Positions 27,859-37,427 are shown, counted from the stretch's first letter. The stretch: DNA of 41,721 bases from Candidatus Bathyarchaeota archaeon (GCA_018396555.1 JAGTQL010000003.1:1-41721); one strand, 5' to 3'. Notes: a model not told the origin generated them from the letters alone. Numbers and translations: made by a program.

Positions 27859-29163
27859 GTGGTGACGCATAAGTTGACTGATTTAATAATTAAAGGCGGT
27901 GTCAATCTTTATGGAAGCGTTAAAGCTCCTCCCTCAAAGGCTCATACCCATAGGGCCATCATAGCCTCCTCTCTCTCTCAAGGCTGCTCCGAGGTGAGGA
28001 ATGCACTTATCTGCGACGATACGCTGGCGACGATTAATGCTTGCGTGAGGCTTGGTGCTGAGATAAAAGATGTGGCTGAAGGAACATTTAGAATTCTCGG
28101 TTCGCCTAAACCGAAAACGCCTATTGATGCGATAAATTGTGGCGGTTCCGGATCAACAATCCGTTTCATTACGCCGATATGCGCTCTGGCCGACGGTATC
28201 TCCATTTTAACCGGCGATGAGAGCTTGAGGATGAGACCGATGGGGCCGCTGCTAAATGCTTTAGGGCAGATCGGCGTCAGATGCTATTCAGCGCGCATGA
28301 ACGGACATCCGCCAATAATCGTCTTCGGCGGCGGAATAAGAGGCGGAGAAGCTCATATAAGAGGCGATGTAAGCTCACAGTTCATTTCAGGCCTACTCTT
28401 CGCCGCGCCAATGGCCCAGCATGACACAACTATAATTTTATCAACGCCGCTGGAGTCTAAACCTTACGTTGAGATGACGCTTGACACCATTAGAAGGCAC
28501 AATGTTTCGGTTGAAACGGATTTCAGCGTTTTCCACGTGCCCTCGGGTCAAAAGTATAAGCCCTACGATCACTTTATCGAAGGCGATTATTCTTCAGCGG
28601 CCTTTCTACTTACTGCCGCAGCAATAACGGGCTCCCATATAAGAATTGATAATCTTCTAAGGGATACTCTTCAGGGAGATCGCCTAATAATTAATGTGCT
28701 CCAGAGCATTGGGGTTCATGTTGATGTTGGGGAAAACTTTGTTGAGGTTGAGGGTTCTGATGAACATTTAAGAAGTTTAGATGTGGATATGAGAGATAAT
28801 CCAGATTTGGTTCCAGTATGCGCTGTGCTTGCATCTGTTGCCAGCGGGAGATCAATTATTAGGGGTACTGGGAGGCTTCGGTTTAAGGAGTCGGATAGGA
28901 TTAAAGCCTTATTCAGCGAGCTATCAAAGATGGGCGTGAAGATGAATATTGCCGGTGACGCCATGGAAATCTACGGTGGGGGTGAACTGCATGGAGCTGA
29001 AATATACCCACATGGAGATCATAGAATAGCCATGGCGTGCGCTATTGCCGCCCTAAAAGCCAGCGGTGAAACAGTTATTCGAAACGCTGAATGTATAAAT
29101 AAGTCCTATCCCAATTTTATCAGAGATATAAACCTTTTAGGGGCGGAAACTTTTGAACGGTAA
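27859..29163 (+). CDS. aroA: EPSP synthase
   Basis: PPSKAHTHRA, GGSGSTIRF, SSQFISGLL, KESDRI, DHRIAMA, KSYPNF. Confidence 0.96.
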   Translation: MVTHKLTDLIIKGGVNLYGSVKAPPSKAHTHRAIIASSLSQGCSEVRNALICDDTLATINACVRLGAEIKDVAEGTFRILGSPKPKTPIDAINCGGSGSTIRFITPICALADGISILTGDESLRMRPMGPLLNALGQIGVRCYSARMNGHPPIIVFGGGIRGGEAHIRGDVSSQFISGLLFAAPMAQHDTTIILSTPLESKPYVEMTLDTIRRHNVSVETDFSVFHVPSGQKYKPYDHFIEGDYSSAAFLLTAAAITGSHIRIDNLLRDTLQGDRLIINVLQSIGVHVDVGENFVEVEGSDEHLRSLDVDMRDNPDLVPVCAVLASVASGRSIIRGTGRLRFKESDRIKALFSELSKMGVKMNIAGDAMEIYGGGELHGAEIYPHGDHRIAMACAIAALKASGETVIRNAECINKSYPNFIRDINLLGAETFER

Positions 29164-30253
29164 CTCGATAGGTAAAGCATTTATCCTTACATGTTTCGGG
29201 GAAAGCCATGGGGCATGCATAGGCGCTGTGATAGATGGGTGTCCAGCCGGTCTTCCGCTTAGAGAAGAGGACGTCCAGGCTGATCTAGATAGGAGGAAAC
29301 CTGGCTTAACCGCAGTAAGCACCACTCGACTTGAGGAGGATAGGGTTGAGATAATTTCAGGCGTTTATAAAGGTTATACGACCGGCGCGCCGATATGCAT
29401 GATTATTAGGAATAAAGATGTTGACTCGGCGCCCTATGAAATTGTAAATATTAAACCTCGACCCGGACATGCAGATTACACGGCCAAGGTAAAATATGGC
29501 GGATATAGTGATCCGAGGGGCGGGGGAAGATTTTCAGGTAGAATTACAGCTGCCTATGTTATGGCTGGAGCTGTTGCCAAGAAGATCCTTAGGCTCATAG
29601 GGATTGAGGTTTTAGCCCATACAGTCCAGATCGGAAGCGTCAGGGTGGAGAGAGAAGTTTTATATGAGGATATACGCCGAAATGTATATGCAAATCCAGT
29701 CCGCTGCGCTGTTCCAAACGTGGCTGAGAGAATGGTTGAAGAGATACTTAAGGCTTCTAGAGAGGGAGACAGCGTTGGAGGTATAGTTGAGGCTTTGGCG
29801 CTAAATGTTCCGGCTGGTTTAGGCGAGCCAATATTTGACTCCCTCGACTCGGATATAGCGAAAATGCTATTCAATATTCCGGCTGTGAAGGGCGTTGAGT
29901 TTGGAGCAGGCTTCCAAATCGCCTCGATGAGAGGCTCTGAAGCCAATGACCAGTACGCTATGAGAGATAGGAAAATTATCACGCTGACGAATAGCGCTGG
30001 CGGAGTGCTGGGCGGGATCTCAAATGGCATGCCGATAACTGTTAGAGTCGCGTTTAAACCGACGCCCTCAATATCTAAGAGGCAGAGAACAGTTAATTTG
30101 GAAACTATGAGCGAGGAATATATCGAATTCGCTGGAAGGCATGATCCGTGCGTTGTTCCAAGAGCCGTGCCTGTTGTCGAGTCATGCCTAGCATTTGCGC
30201 TGGCTGATCACGCCATTAGATCTGGGATTATCCCGAGGGTTATAAAAACCTAA
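29153..30253 (+). CDS. aroC: Chorismate synthase
   Basis: FGESHG, RPGHADY, RGGGRFSGR, GGISNG, FKPTPSI, GRHDPC. Confidence 0.97.
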   Translation: MNGNSIGKAFILTCFGESHGACIGAVIDGCPAGLPLREEDVQADLDRRKPGLTAVSTTRLEEDRVEIISGVYKGYTTGAPICMIIRNKDVDSAPYEIVNIKPRPGHADYTAKVKYGGYSDPRGGGRFSGRITAAYVMAGAVAKKILRLIGIEVLAHTVQIGSVRVEREVLYEDIRRNVYANPVRCAVPNVAERMVEEILKASREGDSVGGIVEALALNVPAGLGEPIFDSLDSDIAKMLFNIPAVKGVEFGAGFQIASMRGSEANDQYAMRDRKIITLTNSAGGVLGGISNGMPITVRVAFKPTPSISKRQRTVNLETMSEEYIEFAGRHDPCVVPRAVPVVESCLAFALADHAIRSGIIPRVIKT

Positions 30254-31599
30254 ATGCCCTTTACGCTTCTCTGAAGGTGCTCCATCGCCTCTTGCAGGCT
30301 TTGGAACCCATATTTGATCTCGCCGTGTTCCCTCCTCAAAGCGATAACGTCTTCCCTAACTTCATCGGGTTTTCGCTTGCCCCTTATAACTTCAAGCATT
30401 AAATCGCAAAGATATCTTATGTCGTCTTTAGCGAAGCCTCTCCTCGTCACATCTTGGAATCCTATTCTTATCCCTGATGGTTTTTCACGATTATTCTGAT
30501 CATCATAGGGCAATAGATTCCTGTTCAATATTATGTTCGCTTTTTCCAATTCCTCAGCAACCCTTTTCCCGCCGCCATAATCGCGGACATCAACAGCTAA
30601 CTGATGAGACATTGTGAAGCCTTGGTTTTCGCCGAGAACCTTTAAGCCGTTCTCATAAAGGTATTGTCCGGCTGTTTGAGCATTATTAACGGTCTGCTTA
30701 GCCAGCATTTCACCGAAGATTTTAAGCTCTAGGGCAGCTATGCCAGTTGCAGGTAGCCTGCCAAGATGAGTGTTGGATGTGCTAAGCGGGAATACGGCGA
30801 ATTGAACGTTCTTTATGGCTTTCTCTATACGTTCGTCTCGCAAATCAGCTAGGATTACTCCTCCCTGCGGACCTGGGAAAGTTTTATGAGTTGAAGATGT
30901 AATGAAGTCAGCTCCCTCCCTAAGCGGGTCTTGGAAGACTCCGCCCGCTATTAAGCCTAAGACATGCGCCGCATCATAAACTACGTATGCACCAGCTTCA
31001 TAGGCTACATCTCTCAACTCTTTAACTGGATGCGGAAACAGGAATAGGCTTCCTCCAAACGTAACTATGCCCGGCTTAGCTGCCCTTATTATTTCGGCTG
31101 ATTTATCTGGATCTATATTCATGTCTCTGATGCTGTAGGCATGCTCAATGTTTTCAAGTCCCAGAACCATTCCAGCTAAACCAGTATAGTCATGTGATAT
31201 GTGTGCTCCAGCGCTTAGAGGAGTAACCACCATTTTCTTACTTTTTGTGGTTAGGGATAAACCTTTGAAGACGGCTAGGTTTGCATGCGTTCCAGAGACT
31301 AAGCGGATGTCAACCCAGCTGCACCTAAAAAGCATCCTCATTAGATCCGTGACGCAGTTCTCTATGACCGTGATATATTTCTGCCCTTGATAATATCTTC
31401 TCTTCACGTGTCCCATCAGGTCGTTTTCGCCTTCAGCATACCTGCTTTCTAGATCCATAGTTAAGCGGAGCATCTCCTTAACCGCTGGAGACTTTAACCC
31501 CTCGCTTGCTATGAGATTTATGCATTCAGCATCGCGGTATACTTCATGTTTCTCGCTTGCCTCAATCAACTCCAAGGCTGTTTTAAAAAACTCCTCCAT
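30250..31599 (-). CDS. glyA: Serine hydroxymethyltransferase (archaeal type)
   Basis: NLIASE, RYAEG, RYYQG, SGTHAN, GAHISH, YDAAHVLGLIAG, STHKTFPGPQGG, SGIRIG. Confidence 0.95.
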   Translation of the reverse strand: MEEFFKTALELIEASEKHEVYRDAECINLIASEGLKSPAVKEMLRLTMDLESRYAEGENDLMGHVKRRYYQGQKYITVIENCVTDLMRMLFRCSWVDIRLVSGTHANLAVFKGLSLTTKSKKMVVTPLSAGAHISHDYTGLAGMVLGLENIEHAYSIRDMNIDPDKSAEIIRAAKPGIVTFGGSLFLFPHPVKELRDVAYEAGAYVVYDAAHVLGLIAGGVFQDPLREGADFITSSTHKTFPGPQGGVILADLRDERIEKAIKNVQFAVFPLSTSNTHLGRLPATGIAALELKIFGEMLAKQTVNNAQTAGQYLYENGLKVLGENQGFTMSHQLAVDVRDYGGGKRVAEELEKANIILNRNLLPYDDQNNREKPSGIRIGFQDVTRRGFAKDDIRYLCDLMLEVIRGKRKPDEVREDVIALRREHGEIKYGFQSLQEAMEHLQRSVKGI

Positions 31600-31681
31600 T
31601 TCCGCTCAACCTGAACAGAAGCATAAAATGAGAAGATCTATTTATCTTTTAGGTTTCATAAATTCGCATGCTATTAAGCAT

Positions 31682-33226
31682 TTAGCGCTCTAATACGAAC
31701 GTCTTTTTCGCCACAGGTCTCTCCTTTATCTCATGTATCAGCATCTCCATCCTGTTTCCGACGCCTATAATTGGAACACTCTCGAAAATATCTATTGCCC
31801 TCTGCAATTTTGTGCTTCTCTCAGCGAATAATGTCACTAAAGCGTCGCCATTAGACACTTTGTCACCTATTTTCTTATGCAGTAAAGCACCTGCGCCCTT
31901 ATCTTTAGGCGCTCCGGCGAGCCTAGCCGTCTCAACGAGCGATGCGTTATCTATCCATAAAACTACACCATCCTTATCTGCTCTAATTGTAAATCTCTCA
32001 GAGCCTAAGGCTATATCATCCGGCTTTACGTCTGGATCTCCACCCTGAGCCCCTATTATCTCGCGGAGCTTGCTTTCAGCTTTACCGGAGTTTAATATTT
32101 CTAATGCTATTTCTTTGCCGCTGCTTTTTCCGCTCATCTCTAGAAGTATGCCCGCTATATTTACGGCTTTATCCATTAAGTCGTATGATTGGCTTTTACC
32201 CATTATTGTGTTTAAGGCTTCCCAAGCCTCTATGGCCGGTCCAATTGCGTAGCCAACCGGCTGCTCGCCGTAGGTTACGGCGCACTGCACTTTTATGTCT
32301 AGACGCCGTCCTAATTCAATGAAATCCTTAGCCAAAAGGTCAGCTTCGCCGATGGTCTTTATTTTTGTCCCCCTGCCTGTAGGTATGTCGATTACCAGAA
32401 GATTTGCGCCAACAGCCTTCTTTTTACTCATTATTGAGGGTAGAAGAAGCGGATCTATCGATAGCGGATGTTCAACCCTGATGAACATGTCGTCAGCAGG
32501 AGCAAGATCCAACGTGCCTCCCCAAACTATGCAGCCGTTTGTCTTCTCAACAACCTCACGCATCTCTTCAATGTTTAGGCTTACTGGCATCAGAACCTCC
32601 GCCCTGTCAGCTGTTCCAGCAGCGGACGTAATAGATCTTGAGGAAGACTTCGGTATCGTTAGTCCTGATGCCGCTATTATTGGAACAGCGAGAAGCGTTG
32701 TTTTATCTCCTGGAACTCCGCCTATGGAATGCTTATCAACTATTAGGGGCTTCTTAATCTCAAGTTTATTCCCAGTTTCAACCATGGCTAATGAGAGGCT
32801 TGTTGCCTCATCTAGGTCTAAGCCGAAGGTGTGGAGGGCAGTTACGAAGGCCGCCATCTCAATCTCGCTTAGGTTTCCGCTAACAACATCTCTGACGATC
32901 TCAAGTATTTCCTCATATGTAAGTTTTCTTCCACCCAGCTTGTTCCTTATGTAGTATACTGATAGCGGAGAGTGAGCTGCCTCAACCTCAATTTCTTCCT
33001 CACCTCTTAAGCCCATGTACTTCTTAACCTCGTTGTATAGGCCTATGCGACCCCTTTTAACGCTCTCTACGGCCACATTAACTATTGCGGTGGCCTCCTT
33101 GCCCTTATAGGATAATTTAATGCGACTTAAACCTGTGACGCCTAAGTCCTCAGCGTCCTCGCGATTTAAGACAGCTATGAACTTCCCCCCAGATTCCAAG
33201 TCTAGGAGTTTAACTCTGAGCCTCAT
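31682..33226 (-). CDS. deoA: AMP phosphorylase (archaeal NMP phosphorylase)
   Basis: 514 aa with extra N-terminal domain; DKHSIGGVPG.KT, PKSSSRSITSAAGTAD, SIMSKK, AGAPKDKGAG. Confidence 0.92.
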   Translation of the reverse strand: MRLRVKLLDLESGGKFIAVLNREDAEDLGVTGLSRIKLSYKGKEATAIVNVAVESVKRGRIGLYNEVKKYMGLRGEEEIEVEAAHSPLSVYYIRNKLGGRKLTYEEILEIVRDVVSGNLSEIEMAAFVTALHTFGLDLDEATSLSLAMVETGNKLEIKKPLIVDKHSIGGVPGDKTTLLAVPIIAASGLTIPKSSSRSITSAAGTADRAEVLMPVSLNIEEMREVVEKTNGCIVWGGTLDLAPADDMFIRVEHPLSIDPLLLPSIMSKKKAVGANLLVIDIPTGRGTKIKTIGEADLLAKDFIELGRRLDIKVQCAVTYGEQPVGYAIGPAIEAWEALNTIMGKSQSYDLMDKAVNIAGILLEMSGKSSGKEIALEILNSGKAESKLREIIGAQGGDPDVKPDDIALGSERFTIRADKDGVVLWIDNASLVETARLAGAPKDKGAGALLHKKIGDKVSNGDALVTLFAERSTKLQRAIDIFESVPIIGVGNRMEMLIHEIKERPVAKKTFVLER

Positions 33227-33345
33227 CTAATTGGGCCGCTCCAAACAATTCTATATTTGACACTTTAAAGATCCGGTTTAAGCCTTAAAAGTTTTTATTA
33301 ACGTGATTTGCTCTTTTTAATAAGCGCCTATCAGGGGGTGATGAA

Positions 33346-34623
33346 ATGAAATTGATCTATGTGGTTATAGACGGTATGGGCGATCTGCCTATTGAGGAGC
33401 TAGGTGGGAAAACACCTTTAGAGTTCGCTGAAACTCCGAATATGGATTTTCTTGCAAGTAAAGGTAGGCTTGGGCTCATGTACACTGTTGTGAGGGGCGT
33501 GGCGCCTGAGAGCGATGTGGCTGTAATCTCCATTCTAGGATACGACCCGTATAAATATCACGTTGGCAGGGGGCCTCTTGAGGCATATGGCGCTGGCTTA
33601 GATATGAGGGATGGTTATCTAGCGCTGAGATGCAACTTTGCAACTCTAGGCAAAGATGGGCGTATCATCGATAGGAGAGCTGGGAGAAATCTGACTACGT
33701 GGGAAGCCTCTGAGCTCGCTGAGGCTGTTAATCGCCTAGTTAAACTTGAGTCCCATCCGGCTGAATTTGAGTTTAAGAATACTCTGGGCCATAGGGGGGT
33801 TCTCGTCATAAGGAGCAAGGTTAAATCATTATCTGGAAAGATTTCGAACACTGATCCGGCATATGAGAGAGTCGCTGGTCTAGGTGTTGCCAAAACCGAT
33901 ATTCAAATGATTCTTGAGGAATGTAAGCCCATTGAAGATGCTGAGGCTGCTAGGGTTTCAGCCATGCTTGTTAACGAGTTCATCGTGAAGAGCCGTGAGA
34001 TTTTGGAGCAGCATGGTGTTAACATAAAACGTGAAGCAGAGGGCAAATTGAAGGCTAATGTTATATTGACAAGGGATGCTGGAGATAAATTGCCGAGTTT
34101 CTTTAACATAAATGAGCGGTATGGCGTCAGGTTCGCCTGTCTAGCCGATATGCCCGTTGAGAGGGGAATTGCAAGGCTGGCTGGCATGCACCTCGCTGAG
34201 GTTCCGCCTCCATCTAGAGACTTGAAGCGTGACTGCATAATTAGGGCTGAAAGATTACTTAGCCTTTTGGATAGTTTCGATTGCTTCTATATCCATATTA
34301 AGGGTCCGGATGAGCCTGGCCATGACGGAGACTTTATGCTTAAGACCAGGACGATCGAAACCATAGATGAGCAATTCTTCGGAAAAATATTGCCTAAAAT
34401 AAGCCTCGATGAAACTGTCATATGCGTCACGGCGGATCATTCGACACCATGTAAACTCAAATCTCATAGCGATGACCCTGTTCCGTTACTAATATCGGGA
34501 GGCGGGGTGATAAGTGATGGGATTGAAAGATTTTCTGAAAAGGAATGCCTCAGGGGAAGTATAGGAATCTTAAAGAAGGGAACATTACTTATGCCATTAC
34601 TAATGAAGACAATAAAACCCTAA
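33346..34623 (+). CDS. apgM: 2,3-bisphosphoglycerate-independent phosphoglycerate mutase, archaeal type
   Basis: IDGMGD, GKTPLE.A.TPNMD, PESDVA, GRGPLEA, DRRAGR, HIKGPDEPGHDGD, TADHSTP. Confidence 0.93.
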   Translation: MKLIYVVIDGMGDLPIEELGGKTPLEFAETPNMDFLASKGRLGLMYTVVRGVAPESDVAVISILGYDPYKYHVGRGPLEAYGAGLDMRDGYLALRCNFATLGKDGRIIDRRAGRNLTTWEASELAEAVNRLVKLESHPAEFEFKNTLGHRGVLVIRSKVKSLSGKISNTDPAYERVAGLGVAKTDIQMILEECKPIEDAEAARVSAMLVNEFIVKSREILEQHGVNIKREAEGKLKANVILTRDAGDKLPSFFNINERYGVRFACLADMPVERGIARLAGMHLAEVPPPSRDLKRDCIIRAERLLSLLDSFDCFYIHIKGPDEPGHDGDFMLKTRTIETIDEQFFGKILPKISLDETVICVTADHSTPCKLKSHSDDPVPLLISGGGVISDGIERFSEKECLRGSIGILKKGTLLMPLLMKTIKP

Positions 34624-34645
34624 AACTGAGGGCAATTTACGGGTG

Positions 34646-34660
34646 CAAATAGTTTATTAA
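34646..34660 (+). promoter_or_regulatory. BRE/TATA promoter of the SRP RNA gene
   Basis: caaatag-tttattaa ending about 22 nt before the 5' end of helix 1. Confidence 0.65.
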
Positions 34661-34682
34661 TCCCAAAAACTAAAAATCTAAT

Positions 34683-35076
34683 GGACGGCGGGTCTTAGGC
34701 GGGGAGCTAGGGGTCCCCTGAGAGACGCACGGTCTCGACCGTAAACCCCCCTATACGACGGGCCGAAAGCTAAAGTGAGGCGTGTAAGGCCGCGGATCCG
34801 GCCGACCCTAAGCGATGAGTATCTGTCCTCTGGGGCTGGCGGTCGCGGGGCATCCTCCGTAGGGAGGGTGTAACCGCGTTTGTCAAGCGAACCTGGCCAG
34901 GCCCGGGAGATGGGGTGAGGGAAGTAAAATGGGAAGGGTAACATTGCTGAATAGGCTGTCCACCCGAAGGAGCAACCTAAGCTTGGGCGTTCAGCGCTCA
35001 GAGGGGTGCGGGTATGAGCGGTGGGCTGGTTTGGGTTTGCGGATTCTGCGCGTCGAGCTTTAGTGGCCCGCCGTCC
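34683..35076 (+). ncRNA. ffs: Archaeal signal recognition particle (7S) RNA, interrupted in helix 8
   Basis: GC-rich island. Helix 1 ggacggcgggtc/ggcccgccgtcc; Alu helices 3/4 with loop-loop tagggg/ccccta; helix 6 catcctcc-GTAG-ggagggtg; GAACC; helix 8 halves CCAGGCCCGG and GGAGCAACC separated by an insert. Confidence 0.93.
34910..34968 (+). other. Putative 59-nt BHB intron in SRP RNA helix 8
   Basis: Central helix CGGG(34904-07)/CCCG(34963-66); 3-nt bulges AGA(34908-10) and AAG(34967-69); intron helix TGGG/TCCA. Cutting after the 2nd bulge nt yields CAGG-CCC-GGGA-GGG-AGCA. Confidence 0.85.
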
Positions 35077-35235
35077 GCCCATGTCTCCTTGAAAGATAAT
35101 CCTCCATATCGCAAGTAGGCAGTTCCAAAGTTAATGTCTAGGTTTTAATAATGCGCTTTTTTAAGAGCGGCTACATGAACTTTAGAATCCTAAGCGGCGC
35201 ACACTCAGGTATTGCTGAGCATTTTTAGTTGCTAA

Positions 35236-36180
35236 TTAATGCACATTTATTTTTTGTAGTAGTTGGCATGCTTGGCATATTTCACCCGTTGTTGGTTCGC
35301 CGCAGACTGCGCATTGATTTAGATGAATTTTCGGTTTTCTCTCCCTGATTGCCTCTCGAATTTTCTCTGTGGAGCCATATATTGTATATTTTATGCCCGG
35401 ATGCTTCTCTTCAAGCCTGTTCAACGCGTTTCGCACGTCATTTCTTAAGGCTGCGCTGGCATATGGGCAGGGAGACTCTTGGAATCTTATGCCCTTGAGG
35501 TATGCGTATAGGGTTATCTCTTTCTCTAGAACTTCACAGAGCGGCTTCACTCTCGGAATGAACCACGGCTCCTCATCATTGTATGTGGGCCCTGTCCTGG
35601 CAATTCTCATGGGGTCACCATGTATTATGTTAAGCATGAATGTTTGTATTTCATCATCTAAGTTGTGCGCTGTAGCAATTTTAGTTGCTCCACTTCTCTT
35701 GGCGACCATGTTTAGCGCTTTTCTCCTTAGTACGCCGCAGTATGAGCATGGCGTTAGATCCCCGCTCTTGGTGATCTCGGCTATTTCATCAAGTGTGAAG
35801 CCGTACAGCTCCTTAAAGGAGATAACCGTATATGTTACACCATGTTTAGCGCTGTTTTCAGCGGCTATTTCTATGGCTTCATCCCTATAGCCTTTAATCC
35901 CCTCATCGACTATTATGGCATTTAAGGAGGCTCTTGGAAAATCCTTCTCTATTTTAGCTAGAATATGCAGCAGGCTCACGCTATCCTTTCCGCCCGATAC
36001 GGCAACCGCTATTCTATCATTAAACTCAAACATTTTATGCTTCGCTATTGTTGCTCTAACCTTGTATTCAATTGATTCAAGGAAGCATTTGGCGCAGAGC
36101 TTCTCTCCTGAATAAAGCCTGGCGTAGAAGGCTTCTCTAACGCCGCATATTGTGCATTTAACCATTTGCTTTTCCTTCAA
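35236..36180 (-). CDS. TtuA/Ncs6 (NcsA)-family tRNA 2-thiolation protein (paralog 2)
   Basis: CTIC..CAKC, AVSGGKDS, VDEGIKGYR, PCSYCGVLRR, TAHNLDDE, CPYA, CAVC..CQAC. Confidence 0.9.
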   Translation of the reverse strand: MKEKQMVKCTICGVREAFYARLYSGEKLCAKCFLESIEYKVRATIAKHKMFEFNDRIAVAVSGGKDSVSLLHILAKIEKDFPRASLNAIIVDEGIKGYRDEAIEIAAENSAKHGVTYTVISFKELYGFTLDEIAEITKSGDLTPCSYCGVLRRKALNMVAKRSGATKIATAHNLDDEIQTFMLNIIHGDPMRIARTGPTYNDEEPWFIPRVKPLCEVLEKEITLYAYLKGIRFQESPCPYASAALRNDVRNALNRLEEKHPGIKYTIYGSTEKIREAIRERKPKIHLNQCAVCGEPTTGEICQACQLLQKINVH

Positions 36181-36199
36181 GAACAGCAGGCGCTTCAGT

Positions 36200-37321
36200 T
36201 TATAGGCTTAGAGCTATGTTAATCGTGATCAAAAATACGGAGAAGACGTTGAAAAACTTTTTTATCAATGCGCTTCTTTCAGAAAAACCTTGGAGTAAAC
36301 ATTGTAGAAATTTATCCCCATCAAGGGACGGTATTGGGAGCATATTGAATATGGCGACATTAATTGATATTATGAAAAGCCAGTTTAAAATGAGGTATGT
36401 TTGAATATCCCAGAAGAAACCTAAGTTGAGCCTACTAGGATAGTAAAGTAATGATGGGAGCATAATTCCCATTATGGCTTTGTTCTTATCCTCCGGGCTT
36501 GGAATAGTCAATATTGTGAAATTGCCCCTACTAGTCGCCACAACAAGTTTCTCACCCGGCTTGACTCTGGACATGAAATCAGCCAATTCTCGATATTCAT
36601 GTACCAACGTCCCATTCAAAGCGTATATTACATCCCATCTTTTAACTCCGGCCAAATCTAACGGTCCGCCCTCCACAACCTCCATCACAACTATGCCGGA
36701 CGGTGCTTGAATAAAGAGGGTGAAAATCGTGAGGAAAATTAATAGTCCAGATAGAACATTTGCTGATGCGCCGGCTGAAAATATTTTCAGCTTCGATCCG
36801 GTCTTCAGAGCATCCATTTTCTCCTCCTCTATCTCAACGAATCCTCCTGGGAAAACTGCTAGAAGCAGCATCCCAGCGGATTTTATGCTTATACCCTCTG
36901 CTAGGGATATTATGCCATGCGCCGCTTCATGAATGAAAACTACAAGCACAACTGAAATGAGGAAGTAAGGCAGCCAGTATAGGCTAAGCGTTAAGCCGGG
37001 AACCACGATTGAAACCGGGACGCCTTCCTCCCTTGAAAGAAATAGATTTACAAGGTTTCCAGTTAGGAAAACCAATGCGAAAATCATGAAACTAAAACCT
37101 AGAATAACGCTTATGTATGAGAAGATTTTCCAGAATGTTCTCCATTTGCTTGAGCATTTATATAGGGCCCTCTTAAATCCCTCAGAATTGTATCTTATGA
37201 AGAAGGGTAAAATGTTTAATCCGTATTTCTTCACATTTATGATCTTGCTGAGAAGGTAGATTAACAGCCAAAAGATTAGGAGGAAAATTGCGAAGACGTA
37301 CTCTCCTCTTAAGGAAAACAT
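36200..37321 (-). CDS. Site-2 protease (M50) with PDZ domain
   Basis: Multiple TM helices, HEAAHG, SAGASAN, PDZ segment (GGPLDLAGVKRWDVIYALNG), FNMLPIPSLDG. Confidence 0.92.
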   Translation of the reverse strand: MFSLRGEYVFAIFLLIFWLLIYLLSKIINVKKYGLNILPFFIRYNSEGFKRALYKCSSKWRTFWKIFSYISVILGFSFMIFALVFLTGNLVNLFLSREEGVPVSIVVPGLTLSLYWLPYFLISVVLVVFIHEAAHGIISLAEGISIKSAGMLLLAVFPGGFVEIEEEKMDALKTGSKLKIFSAGASANVLSGLLIFLTIFTLFIQAPSGIVVMEVVEGGPLDLAGVKRWDVIYALNGTLVHEYRELADFMSRVKPGEKLVVATSRGNFTILTIPSPEDKNKAIMGIMLPSLLYYPSRLNLGFFWDIQTYLILNWLFIISINVAIFNMLPIPSLDGDKFLQCLLQGFSERSALIKKFFNVFSVFLITINIALSL

Positions 37322-37427
37322 GCCGCTTCACTTTAAGCATCTTAATTCTTATGCCAAAAATAATTAAGGCGCAATATAAAGGTATAAGCAGATCGCCTAA
37401 GGCACAGGTTCATTTGAGGGAAGCAAG

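Noticed and set aside
34719-34738. Alu-domain hairpin as a second intron
   Set aside because: No 4-bp central helix with two 3-nt bulges, and removal does not restore UGUNR
34678-35082. 134-aa minus-strand ORF (MGGRRATKARR...)
   Set aside because: Antisense shadow of the GC-rich SRP RNA gene; no protein-like motifs
34675-35085. Terminal BHB or permuted SRP RNA as in Thermoproteus
   Set aside because: Domains are in normal order and I could not draw a BHB at the helix 1 ends
35100-35235. Small hairpins (cgctttt/aagagcg, ctcag/ctgag) as a C/D sRNA
   Set aside because: No convincing box C; more simply terminator-region structure between convergent genes
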